Positions 53,697-61,375 of a stretch of 61,375 nucleotides of DNA are shown one piece after another. Position 1 is the stretch's first letter, and every line of letters starts with the position of its first letter. Source of the stretch: Deltaproteobacteria bacterium (GTDB lineage: Bacteria; Desulfobacterota; DSM-4660; Desulfatiglandales; B25-G16). The position numbers were made by a program, and so were the translations under genes. The notes under the pieces are model-generated. The model had not been told where the DNA came from and ran no database searches. It saw nothing but the letters and a program-made list of their open reading frames with translations. The DNA is taken from the NCBI GenBank assembly GCA_019310725.1, contig JAFDDT010000004.1, positions 1 through 61,375 on the forward strand. Direction: 5' to 3'.

Positions 53697-54437
53697 ATGG
53701 GAAAGATACCTAACAGGCCTGAAGAGATATTTGATGAACTCAAACAGGACTATACTGCCCTTTTCGGTGATGATCTGGTGGCTATTATCCTTTATGGGAG
53801 TGGTGCACGGGGTGAATACGTACCGAAAAAATCAGACATCAATTTTCTAATTGTCTTGTCCGATAAAGGAATAGAGCGCTTGGGTGATGCAACGGATGCC
53901 GCAACCAAATGGCGAAAAAGGAACGTTCGAGTGCCTCTGGTTATGACGAGAGAATACATAGAATCATCCCTCGATACCTTTCCCTTAGAATTCTTTAACA
54001 TAAAATCAGCCTACCAGGTTATCCAGGGTGAAGACATCTTAAAGGATGTAGTTATTCAGAAAGAGGATCTCCGCCTTCAATGCGAGAGAGAGCTCAAGGC
54101 CAAGCTTCTCCTGCTGAGAGAGTCCTTTTTGGAGGCAAACAATAAGAGTCATCTCTTGCGGGAGCTTGTGGCACAATCCCTTTCAGCATTCATCTCTATC
54201 TTCAAGGCACTACTTTACCTCAAAGGAGATGAGGTACCAGAAAAGAATGAGGCTGTTATCTCTGCTACTGTCCAAAGTTTCGGGCTCGACAGAGAGATTT
54301 TCCAGACCCTCTGGCATATAAAGAGAGGAGAGAAAAAATCGGACAGAGGTGCCCTGAAAAAAATCGCTCAGAAATACATTAGTGAGATCAGAGGATTATC
54401 AACCCAGGTCGATCAGATGGACACTAAGATAAATTAA
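53697..54437 (+). CDS. Nucleotidyltransferase-domain protein (MNT/KNTase-like) with helical C-terminal domain
   Basis: LYGSGARGEYVPKKSDINFLIVL matches the GSxxRGx..SDxD pol-beta NTase motif. Confidence 0.7.
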   Translation: MGKIPNRPEEIFDELKQDYTALFGDDLVAIILYGSGARGEYVPKKSDINFLIVLSDKGIERLGDATDAATKWRKRNVRVPLVMTREYIESSLDTFPLEFFNIKSAYQVIQGEDILKDVVIQKEDLRLQCERELKAKLLLLRESFLEANNKSHLLRELVAQSLSAFISIFKALLYLKGDEVPEKNEAVISATVQSFGLDREIFQTLWHIKRGEKKSDRGALKKIAQKYISEIRGLSTQVDQMDTKIN

Positions 54438-54687
54438 CCGCAGACCTCCGCAGACGGATATAGACATTCTGTTGGGCTGGACTGGCTCAGTAGAAAATGC
54501 AATCCGCAAAGGTGGAATGAGACTCGATACTTTATGAATCTAACGATGATACCTTTGGATGATCCCAAATATGCCCGCTCCGTCCCGGTGCGACGAGAGG
54601 CCCTTCGGGAAAGGGCATGATGGTTAATATAGTTCCGCTTATATTTGGCGGAACTATTTGTCTGTGTTAGTCTGTGTGTGTCTGCGG
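54438..54687. repeat. ~250-nt non-coding element bounded by the 8-bp inverted repeat CCGCAGAC / GTCTGCGG
   Basis: ccgcagac occurs twice at 54438-54454, and gtctgcgg at 54680-54687. An internal perfect 10-bp hairpin, atagttccgc / gcggaactat, lies at about 54629-54657. The CGCAGA(C/T) ends resemble those of the 33611 and 47543 elements. Confidence 0.45.
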
Positions 54688-54724
54688 TTTCAGATGTTTC
54701 ACAAAGATATTTTCGGAGGTCATC

Positions 54725-55303
54725 ATGGGAAAAACAGGTAAGGCACTGGGCATAGCAGGCCTGGTTATTGTGGTTATTCTTCTCGCCTTCTTTTTTTCTA
54801 TCAGAGGCATGTATAACAGTCTGGTTCAGTCGGAGGAGGGTGTAAAGGGTGCATGGGCACAGGTTGAAAACCAGCTTCAGAGAAGGTATGACCTCATACC
54901 CAACTATGTTGAAACGGTAAAAGGCTATGCCAAGCACGAGAAAGAGGTCTTTTTGCGGGTAACCGAGGCACGGGCCAAGGTGGGAGGCGCCACAAACGTA
55001 AAGGATAAAATAGGTGCAAACAATGAACTCTCATCTGCCTTGTCCAGGCTGTTGCTTGTGGTAGAGAGATACCCGGATCTCAAGGCGAATCAAAACTTTA
55101 TCAGGCTCCAGGATGAACTGGCAGGCACGGAAAACCGGATTGCTGTTGAGAGAAGAAGATACAACGAGGCAGTAAGGGCCTATAATGTAAAGATTAGGAG
55201 TTTTCCCACCAACATTCTGGCAGGGATGTTTGGGTTTACTGGGGCGGAGTTTTTCAAAGCACCACCTGAAGCAAAGGAAGTACCAAAGGTAGAATTCAAG
55301 TAA
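54725..55303 (+). CDS. lemA: LemA family protein
   Basis: N-terminal TM helix, then the typical LemA sequence NQLQRRYDLIPN...ERYPDLKAN...L.GTENRI...R..YN. The ATG at 54725 has a GGAGG RBS. Confidence 0.9.
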   Translation: MGKTGKALGIAGLVIVVILLAFFFSIRGMYNSLVQSEEGVKGAWAQVENQLQRRYDLIPNYVETVKGYAKHEKEVFLRVTEARAKVGGATNVKDKIGANNELSSALSRLLLVVERYPDLKANQNFIRLQDELAGTENRIAVERRRYNEAVRAYNVKIRSFPTNILAGMFGFTGAEFFKAPPEAKEVPKVEFK

Positions 55304-55896
55304 GTGTTCAGGTATCTTCAGTGAGGACAAAGGACGTTGAGAATGTCAAAGCCCAAAGCTCAAATCAATGGCAAAACCCAAACGACAGAAAAGTGGACTT
55401 TTACATTGAAACACTTGGATTTGATTTGACATTTAGGCCTTGTGATTTGGCTTTTCCGTTAGGATTCTAACCCTCACCCCTTTTTTTGCCCACGTGGCCT
55501 GGTTGTCTGATTCTATTATATTGGTAATGTATTCGCCTTTCGCAGTGGCGAGATTGATGAGGTGACACCAATCGGCGTGAGCAAGCAGTTATTAAACCCA
55601 GATTTTGCAGTAGGCATCGTAGCGAGGCACAAGAGACCTAGCGAAACAAGCTTTGCAGCAAGGTTTCTAAAGCCGCAATAAATGGCTACTGGAAAATCTG
55701 GGTTGAATGTTCAAATGATAGAAGCAAACCCTCTGCAGTGGAATCTGGGAAATGAGTGCTGCCTAATGCGGTTTCGGTCATTTGATATTGTTTGGAAATT
55801 CGGATTATTGTGGGCAGGCTTGAAGGGGTCCCCCACCTTTTTTCCTCAGGCTCTGAATACAGCTGCCACTTTTGGGGTGGATACGAGTGAGGGTTC

Positions 55897-56274
55897 TCAA
55901 TTTGCTTCGTTCTGAAGAGGAGGACAATTATCTATTGTTCGAGTCGGAAATATGGGCTTCATGTTCAGTGGTTCATGGGGGTATTTGCCGTATGAACTTC
56001 CGTGATGGCACCCCGGCCAGCACCTCACCCTGTAGTAACGCATCGGTTTATCGGGCAGAGCACCATCACCCGGATACCAAACCCCAGGGGCAATAGGATA
56101 AACACGAGGGGTTTTGTCAGATGACACAGGAGCAATGGATTCCGGTGCGGTTGTATATGATTGATCACCGCCTTGGGAGGCGGTCACCGTGGTTCCATCA
56201 GTGTCGGTTCTTATCACGCTTCCCATAGCAACTATCAGAAACAGTGATGTGATACCGATGAGGAAATACTTCAT
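55897..56274 (-). CDS. Hypothetical secreted protein
   Basis: Signal peptide MKYFLIGITSLFLIVAMG. 125 aa with no recognised motif. Confidence 0.45.
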   Translation of the reverse strand: MKYFLIGITSLFLIVAMGSVIRTDTDGTTVTASQGGDQSYTTAPESIAPVSSDKTPRVYPIAPGVWYPGDGALPDKPMRYYRVRCWPGCHHGSSYGKYPHEPLNMKPIFPTRTIDNCPPLQNEAN

Positions 56275-56531
56275 CTTTGGTCCTCCTGTTGTAGTGTCTT
56301 ATGTTGATGGCTGTTGCCCAAACGGAAATCCATTTGAGCGGTCATTAAAACGTTTTTTGCTAAGAAATCTTGGCGAAGTGGAAGATAAGCGATGTCAACT
56401 GTTTGAGCCCTAAAGACGAGTTTTGACATCGCCTGGAGCAAGCCTTAGATTCATCAGAAAACGTTTTAGACACAGTGAAAAGGGATTTCGGCAACAGCCT
56501 ACTGAAGAGCGATGAACCCAAGAGAAAGAAA

Positions 56532-57104
56532 TTATATCATCTCCAAAAGGGATTTGATCATTGCGTCCTGGTCCTGAGAAACCATTTTGAAGGTTACGCC
56601 AATTCCCTGCGCACTGGTCCACACAACCTCGCCGCTAATCTTGATGTATTTCTGGTAGTTTGGGAGCGGAAAGGTCAGTGAAACCTCCTGACCAGCAGAG
56701 AAAGGCATTTGGGTTTCGATAAACACCCCTCCGGCACTTATGTTTTGGATGAAGTCTTTGTAGCCACGATCCTGAGCAGCATAGTCTACAACCATAAAGA
56801 AGGGTTTCCGGTAATGCTTCCTTTTCCCTTTGAGTACCTTCCCCTCTAAGTCTTTCAAGAGCTTCTGTTGTTCATCTTCAGGCATGCTCATGATTAGTTC
56901 GAGCAAGCGATCGGATACACGAGGGGCTGAAAGATCGGTGTCAGCAAGCCTATAGAGTCCACGAGAGATTTCAATAAGTACTCCCTCATCGCGGAGTCCA
57001 TAAAAGGTGCGCCTATGCATACCCTCTGCAAGAGCCTCACGGGTACGAATGAGTCCACCTCTTTTTTGAATGGCTTCTATGGCCTTTTGTCGAGCCGATT
57101 GCAT
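56532..57104 (-). CDS. AbiEi-like winged-helix N-terminal domain fused to a PilZ domain
   Basis: The N-terminal part GGLIRTREALAEGMHRRTFYGLRDEGVLIEISRGLYRL is the AbiEi_4-like pattern. The C-terminal PilZ motifs are KRKHYRK (RxxxR) and NISAGG (D/NxSxxG). Confidence 0.65.
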   Translation of the reverse strand: MQSARQKAIEAIQKRGGLIRTREALAEGMHRRTFYGLRDEGVLIEISRGLYRLADTDLSAPRVSDRLLELIMSMPEDEQQKLLKDLEGKVLKGKRKHYRKPFFMVVDYAAQDRGYKDFIQNISAGGVFIETQMPFSAGQEVSLTFPLPNYQKYIKISGEVVWTSAQGIGVTFKMVSQDQDAMIKSLLEMI

Positions 57105-57110
57105 AAACAA

Positions 57111-57140
57111 ATGGTACAAAAACTTGACATTATTGTCAAG
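57111..57140 (-). promoter_or_regulatory. Promoter with palindromic operator; probable leaderless transcript
   Basis: On the minus strand: TTGACA (57139-57134), a 17-nt spacer, then TACCAT (57116-57111). The ATG at 57104 follows 6 nt later. The -35 lies inside the perfect palindrome CTTGACA-N4-TGTCAAG (57123-57140). Confidence 0.5.
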
Positions 57141-57254
57141 TTTACTCCTGATTTGGTACAAACTATTTCAGGAGAAGTTGCAATAGCTGTCCCGCGATCT
57201 TTTGAGCCGTGAACGTGTACGCAGTATTGTTCATGCCAACACTTTTGAAGGATG

Positions 57255-57968
57255 CTAATTTTCTTGGCTCTGGCTCGATTTTCGAAATTGCACCGTTATC
57301 CAGATGATGACCTCGGGTTTTTCAGAGTAATTGGTTTTTAGTTTCAGAACGCCGCGGTATGTTCCTATGTTACCTGGAATGCTCGTGAAATGAATCCTAA
57401 AGTCTTTCCCTGATTCAAGCTCTTCTATTCTGTAGGTCACCTTTTCACTGAGGCTAAATTGGCTCTCCTCAAGGGTCAATGCTTTGTCCATACAAGCTCT
57501 AACAGCAACTGTTTTGGTCAGTTTTCGATCCGCCTGACCTCTGAGATAGACACGCCTGGCGGAAAGAAAGATGGGTACCTTTACAAAGGCCTTAATGCTT
57601 ACTACTTGAAACCTTCCGCTTGGCTCATTGGTGTAAACTCTGGCTCTTTTCAGGAGATTTCCCCTGTAACCCTTTGTCTTTACCCTTAGCGTGATCTTTC
57701 CCTCCTCTCCAGGGGGGATAAGCCTGTCAAAATGGGCTACTGCGCAACCTCAACCAGGTTGCACCCTCTTTATCTGGAGGGGTTGATCTCCCTTATTAAG
57801 CACGGTAAAGCTGTGCCTAATAATTTCGCCTTCTTTGACCTGCTGCGCATCAAAGAGGGGTTTCTCTATAACCATTCTTGGCCCAATAGTTTGCTGAGCG
57901 CAAACTGTTGAAAGGTTGAGACTGATCAGAAAGATCAGAAAAAAAGTATCATATAATAGCTTTTTCAT
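57255..57968 (-). CDS. Secreted DUF1573-domain protein with in-frame TGA at the CGC-motif position (candidate selenoprotein, or a pseudogene)
   Basis: Signal peptide MKKLLYDTFFLIFLISL. The ORFs 57750-58064 and 57255-57491 plus the segment between them form one frame (714 nt from the ATG at 57968). The junction reads LQIKRVQPG-TGA-GCAVAHFDRLIPPGEEGKITLRV, which parallels the DUF1573 pattern ...SCGCT......PGe.g.i.v. Confidence 0.6.
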
Positions 57969-58115
57969 CCGTCTGCCCTTGTCAAGAAACACCATAACAA
58001 TCACTCCTCTTCTTATTGGTGAATTGGCGGGGATTCCGTTTCCGCCTCTCCAGTACATCTCCACGCAATCTTTCCGCCTTACGTGTAAATTGAAGGCCTC
58101 GATCGCCTCATATTT

Positions 58116-58697
58116 CTATCCCGGTTCTCCTTTCAAACCAATCACGTCTGCAACTTCCTGCATCCCCTTTATGGTATCTTCGATGAGTTCTTCAAGGCTC
58201 ACTCCCAGCATGTCGGCACCCTTCTGGATGATTGATCGATTCACACCAGCAGCAAAGGAAGGTGATTTCCATTTCTTTTTTACCGATTTTACTGTCATGT
58301 CCATCACGCTTTTCGAAGGCCGAATGAGGGCATTGGCCGCAACAAGCCCTGTTAATTCATCAATGGCGTAGAGCGTCTTTTCCAAGGTGCTCTTTGGCTC
58401 CACATCTGAGCATATTCCCCATCCGTGAGAGACTGCGGCGCGAATATATTCTTCGGGCCAGTTATGTTGGTCAAGGATTTCCCGCGTCTTGGTGCAGTGC
58501 TGATCAGGGAATTCTTCATAATCGAGATCATGAATAAGACCGATAATCCCCCACTTGTCCTCATCTTCACCACGCTTTCTTGCGACATAGCGCATTACTC
58601 CTTCAACGGTATAGGCGTGTTTGAGCAAGCTATCGTTTCTGTTATGCTCCTTTAGAAGTGCTAATGCCTCCTCCCGAGACGGTACCTTTTCTTCCAT
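58116..58697 (-). CDS. HD-domain metal-dependent phosphohydrolase
   Basis: H...HD pattern (LLKHAYTVE..., GLIHDLDYE). 193 aa. Confidence 0.7.
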   Translation of the reverse strand: MEEKVPSREEALALLKEHNRNDSLLKHAYTVEGVMRYVARKRGEDEDKWGIIGLIHDLDYEEFPDQHCTKTREILDQHNWPEEYIRAAVSHGWGICSDVEPKSTLEKTLYAIDELTGLVAANALIRPSKSVMDMTVKSVKKKWKSPSFAAGVNRSIIQKGADMLGVSLEELIEDTIKGMQEVADVIGLKGEPG

Positions 58698-58916
58698 TGT
58701 TATTCTCCTTTCCAGGTTTTAGATGGTCACCTTTTAGAAAAGGCCACGTTCCTATCGATGCCATAAATGGGCACGTTGGTTTCATATTTTATTACCTGGT
58801 GCCCGTGACTGGTGAAACAGGGTTCTCCTCCTATTCACTGTAACGCTGTTTCCAGAAATCTTTGAGAATGAAGCCCCGATTCTCATCTGTGCTGCCATGC
58901 CCGAAAGGCAGATGGC

Positions 58917-59543
58917 TCATTTGAAAAGACTCTCGATCACCTCGGTCAGGGTTTGGTTCAAGGTAGCCTCGACTTTGCCTGGATCAAAGCTTATCTTCTT
59001 GGTCTGGGGTGCGCTATCCACGGTCCGAATCACAACCTTTCCTTCCTTTGTTTGACCAATCGAAACGGCCATCTTCACACGGTAGTGTATCTCTGTGGTC
59101 ACAACACCGGATCGGGCATCAATGGCAAAGGATTCGATTGCACCTCCCACAACTGTAGAGAGATCTTGAGGTAAGCGGGCGAGTCCCTCGGGGCTTTTGT
59201 CCCAGCCCTTGCAATCAGTGACCTCAAAACCCCTTCCGGTAAAGTAGTCCTTTACAGCCCGAGTAATAGACTGGGAGACGCTGATGCCAGCTACCTTTAG
59301 GAAATCGACTTCTTTACCGGTTCGATGTCTGATGCCGATGGAATCTTCAGGTTGTTCCTTTCTGGCATCCTCGAAGGGGCAAATACCCACGACCTTGGCC
59401 TTCTGGGGTTCGGTTGCAGGAGGTGCCTTCTTCGCTGAGACATATTTCACATCGATGAGATATGTCCTGCTCCCGGCACATCCTGAAAGAACTGCAATGA
59501 GGCTGGAGATCATCAGGAAAATGATAACTTTTCCCTTCATCAT
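58917..59543 (-). CDS. Hypothetical lipoprotein
   Basis: The ATG at 59543 has a GGAGG RBS. The protein starts MMKGKVIIFLMISSLIAVLSGCAG, which contains a lipobox. Confidence 0.65.
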   Translation of the reverse strand: MMKGKVIIFLMISSLIAVLSGCAGSRTYLIDVKYVSAKKAPPATEPQKAKVVGICPFEDARKEQPEDSIGIRHRTGKEVDFLKVAGISVSQSITRAVKDYFTGRGFEVTDCKGWDKSPEGLARLPQDLSTVVGGAIESFAIDARSGVVTTEIHYRVKMAVSIGQTKEGKVVIRTVDSAPQTKKISFDPGKVEATLNQTLTEVIESLFK

Positions 59544-59606
59544 GGTTCCTCCTTTTTTCTGGGTTGAAGAATAGTGCGAGCCCATAATCCTCCTACAATT
59601 CAAATC

Positions 59607-59635
59607 AGTATAGAGGAAACCCCCCTGGGCGTCAA
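59607..59635 (-). promoter_or_regulatory. Sigma-70 promoter for the lipoprotein gene
   Basis: On the minus strand: TTGACG (59635-59630), a 17-nt spacer, then TATACT (59612-59607). Confidence 0.55.
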
Positions 59636-59651
59636 TGGCGAAGGTGCTGCA

Positions 59652-59694
59652 CAGGGCACATCAAACTACAGGGTATGGGTGTCTTTTTTTTGCC
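59652..59694 (+). repeat. Short interspersed motif, copy C
   Basis: cagggcacatcaaactacagggtatgggtgtcttttttttgcc. It abuts the stop codon of the GNAT gene at 59696. Confidence 0.75.
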
Positions 59695-59695
59695 T

Positions 59696-60130
59696 TCAGC
59701 TCTTGTCATCCAGGATCATAATAAGCGCATCGTCGTTGCTGTAGTAGCTGGGAATTCTTCTAACTGTCTTCATACCCACGCTGTGGTAAAACCCTATGGC
59801 ACTATCGTTCTTTGATCTCACTTCAAGCCACAGCCTTTTTTGAACACACGAAACAGCATGCATGAACAGCATCGTTCCAAAACCCTTCCTTCTGTACGCA
59901 GGTTTGACTGCAGTGGAATGGACATGACCGCCCATATCAAAGATAATGTATCCGGCAATGTCAGTGCCTGTTTCTAAAACAAGAAAACCATCGGGGAGAC
60001 CTTTTGCATAGCTGAGAAACGTTCCTTTTGAATAGGGCGTCTTGGGAAATGCCTGTTGTTCAATTTTGAGTATTTTCTTGATATCTTCTTTGTTGAATCT
60101 TCTTATTGCGGCAAGGGGGTTTTCAGCCAT
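59696..60130 (-). CDS. rimI: GNAT acetyltransferase (RimI-like)
   Basis: AVKPAYRRKGFGTMLF acetyl-CoA motif. 144 aa. Confidence 0.7.
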   Translation of the reverse strand: MAENPLAAIRRFNKEDIKKILKIEQQAFPKTPYSKGTFLSYAKGLPDGFLVLETGTDIAGYIIFDMGGHVHSTAVKPAYRRKGFGTMLFMHAVSCVQKRLWLEVRSKNDSAIGFYHSVGMKTVRRIPSYYSNDDALIMILDDKS

Positions 60131-60247
60131 TTGCTCTCATCTCTGAAACAACGGCACCCCATATCATTACGACCAAAAAATCTGAAATGTCAGACACCAT
60201 GAGCTCTATCTGGGGGTACATCAAAGGTTCATCCCTAAGGGCGGATT

Positions 60248-60661
60248 CTACATTGAGGCCAGAGACATAAAGGTCTCGAGCGTTCCCTTCATGACGTCCT
60301 TTTGGGTGACTATGCCTGCTACCTTCCCTTTATCTATGACCAAGAGCCTTCTGACGTCCTTGAGTGACATGAGTGAGGATGCCTGGCCCAGTCCCGCATC
60401 TGCTTCAATGTGAATGAGGGGTTTGCTCATTATTTCTCCAGCAGTTACTGCCCTTGTGCACAATTGCCGGGGGCAGACCTTCTTTAGAATATCCCGTTCA
60501 GTAAATATACCCACAGGTTTTCCATCCTGAGTGACAACCACGGATCCTACATCATTTTTTGTCATTACTCTAATAGCTTCAGTCACCTTGTCTGCGGTCT
60601 CTACTGACGTAAGATTTTTTGTCATTACATCCCTAACGGTAAGGGTCGTTGGCATTACCAT
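60248..60661 (-). CDS. CBS-pair domain protein
   Basis: Two CBS motifs (VRDVMTKNL...VVTQDGKPVGIFTERDIL and GEIMSKPL...VIDKGKVAGIVTQKDV). 137 aa. Confidence 0.85.
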   Translation of the reverse strand: MVMPTTLTVRDVMTKNLTSVETADKVTEAIRVMTKNDVGSVVVTQDGKPVGIFTERDILKKVCPRQLCTRAVTAGEIMSKPLIHIEADAGLGQASSLMSLKDVRRLLVIDKGKVAGIVTQKDVMKGTLETFMSLASM

Positions 60662-60968
60662 AGAAAACCTCCAATGCCGTTTCTGTTGCTGTGGTCTCTG
60701 TTCTCAACCGACTCTACTTTGATTAGTCGGTAGACTTTGGCCTTTACTTTTATCGCACATTTTTCAAGACGTTCTTCAGTCCTGTTGAGAGACCTCTTTC
60801 ATGGCTTCGTGTTTCACTTGCTCTTTTTGCTTCACTTTTTCTGAATTCCACTGAAGTTGTCCACTACATATCTGACGACACGCGACCATTCATTCTTGTT
60901 TATGCCAACACTTTTGAACGATACCAACGAATATTCTCCCGAATGAAAAACTGGGTATATCAGTTACA

Positions 60969-61370
60969 TCATTGAATCATAGAAAATGGAGGTGTCGCTG
61001 TCAACAATAATGCCTTTATCTCAACCGTGAGCATGGACTCCTGTCCAGCAGGGGAAATCTTGTTGAGCCCAATCCCATGGGCGGCAAAGGTGCTGCAGAG
61101 ATAGGTGCGGGATTCCTCTCTATCCATTTCTTGGTAGGTGAGGATGTGTCCCGCCTCATGGGCAATAGAGATGATTTCCCTTGTCTGGTCGCCAAAAGTG
61201 CCGCAAAACACTGAAATAACAAAACAGGGTGATTCGTATATAATCAATCTTGGATTTTGGCATTTATTCCCAATTGACAACCTCCCAGTGTTGCGGTATA
61301 TAAACCAGTACACCAAATCCCACACCCCACAAGGCCCCCAGTGAGAGGAGAGCGCTATGGAAAAAGACAA
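60969..61370 (-). CDS. Putative zinc metallopeptidase (HExxH; ImmA/IrrE- or DUF955-like); N-terminus may lie beyond the window
   Basis: IAHEAGHIL motif. The frame is still open at the window edge and the called start is a TTG. Confidence 0.4.
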   Translation of the reverse strand: MSFSIALSSHWGPCGVWDLVYWFIYRNTGRLSIGNKCQNPRLIIYESPCFVISVFCGTFGDQTREIISIAHEAGHILTYQEMDREESRTYLCSTFAAHGIGLNKISPAGQESMLTVEIKALLLTATPPFSMIQ

Positions 61371-61375
61371 TAAAC

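Noticed and set aside
54434-54937. 167-aa minus-strand ORF
   Set aside because: It overlaps the lemA start on the opposite strand and spans the IR-bounded non-coding element. It has no RBS and a Cys/His/Arg-rich composition with no pattern. I consider it likely spurious.
55682-55915. 77-aa plus-strand ORF in the lemA-downstream gap
   Set aside because: It has no RBS and no motif, and it overlaps the 3' end of the minus-strand secreted-protein gene.
57226-57245. Sigma-54 promoter on the minus strand (TGGCAT in gtgttggcatgaacaatac, and the same at 60905)
   Set aside because: The -12 element is missing, because there is no GC 10 nt downstream of the GG. The same applies to TGGCACGTGCTGAGG at about 37508 and TGGCATGTTATCCTAGC at about 12086.
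1-61375. Genome-wide UGA reassignment (code 4 or 25) as an explanation for the in-frame TGAs
   Set aside because: Many well-supported genes here end at TGA at the expected protein C-terminus, for example the ferredoxin at 32939 and gcvH at 39584-39586. Long ORFs also fit the standard code. Only two genes have isolated internal TGAs.

Overview
This 61.4 kb window looks like chromosomal DNA from an anaerobe. It resembles a sulfate-reducing or syntrophic Desulfobacterota-type organism, judging from a tetraheme cytochrome c3, CooC/CooT nickel chaperones, a RACo-type corrinoid activator, a sigma-54 promoter and a likely selenoprotein. That taxonomic placement is inference only. Coding density is high and the standard genetic code fits.

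Housekeeping genes I recognise:
- RNA and DNA functions: rnc, pyrR, uvrC, scpA/scpB, rluB, a DHH-CBS-CCA nucleotidyltransferase fusion.
- Metabolism and translation: hisD, trpS, queF, a gcvH-like gene.
- Others: a cbpA-like gene, a LemA/TPM pair, tRNA-Lys(UUU) and tRNA-Val(CAC).

I saw no rRNA, CRISPR array, transposase, integrase, phage genes or recognisable defence genes.

The most unusual region is a minus-strand operon at about 28.7-35.6 kb.
- It appears to be driven by a near-consensus sigma-54 promoter with upstream inverted repeats.
- It encodes three NifX/NifB-C-like small carriers, two MinD-type ATPases with inserted 2x[4Fe-4S] ferredoxin domains, an Mrp/NBP35 ATPase and a ferredoxin.
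- It also encodes a series of very small, strongly low-complexity proteins rich in Gly, Tyr, Pro, Arg and Met. Some carry the DUF5320-type N-terminal motif and some a C-terminal coiled coil.
- One junction in the operon is an 18-nt x4 tandem repeat that is open in two overlapping frames.
- A related set of modules sits at 20.4-22.0 kb inside a 15 kb co-directional gene string headed by a Fur-family regulator and CooC/CooT.

Other notable points:
- A DUF1573 gene has an in-frame TGA exactly where the family has the first Cys of its CGC motif, which makes it a candidate selenoprotein.
- pyrR has an in-frame TGA followed by a hairpin.
- A gcvH-like, LplA-like and radical SAM trio may be a non-canonical lipoate-assembly module.
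- An AbiEi-like HTH-PilZ fusion has a palindromic operator and a probably leaderless start.
- Several families of short interspersed repeats and MITE-like structured elements occur, and one is inserted inside the sigma-54 operon.

All functional calls rest on motif recognition by eye. No database search was run.
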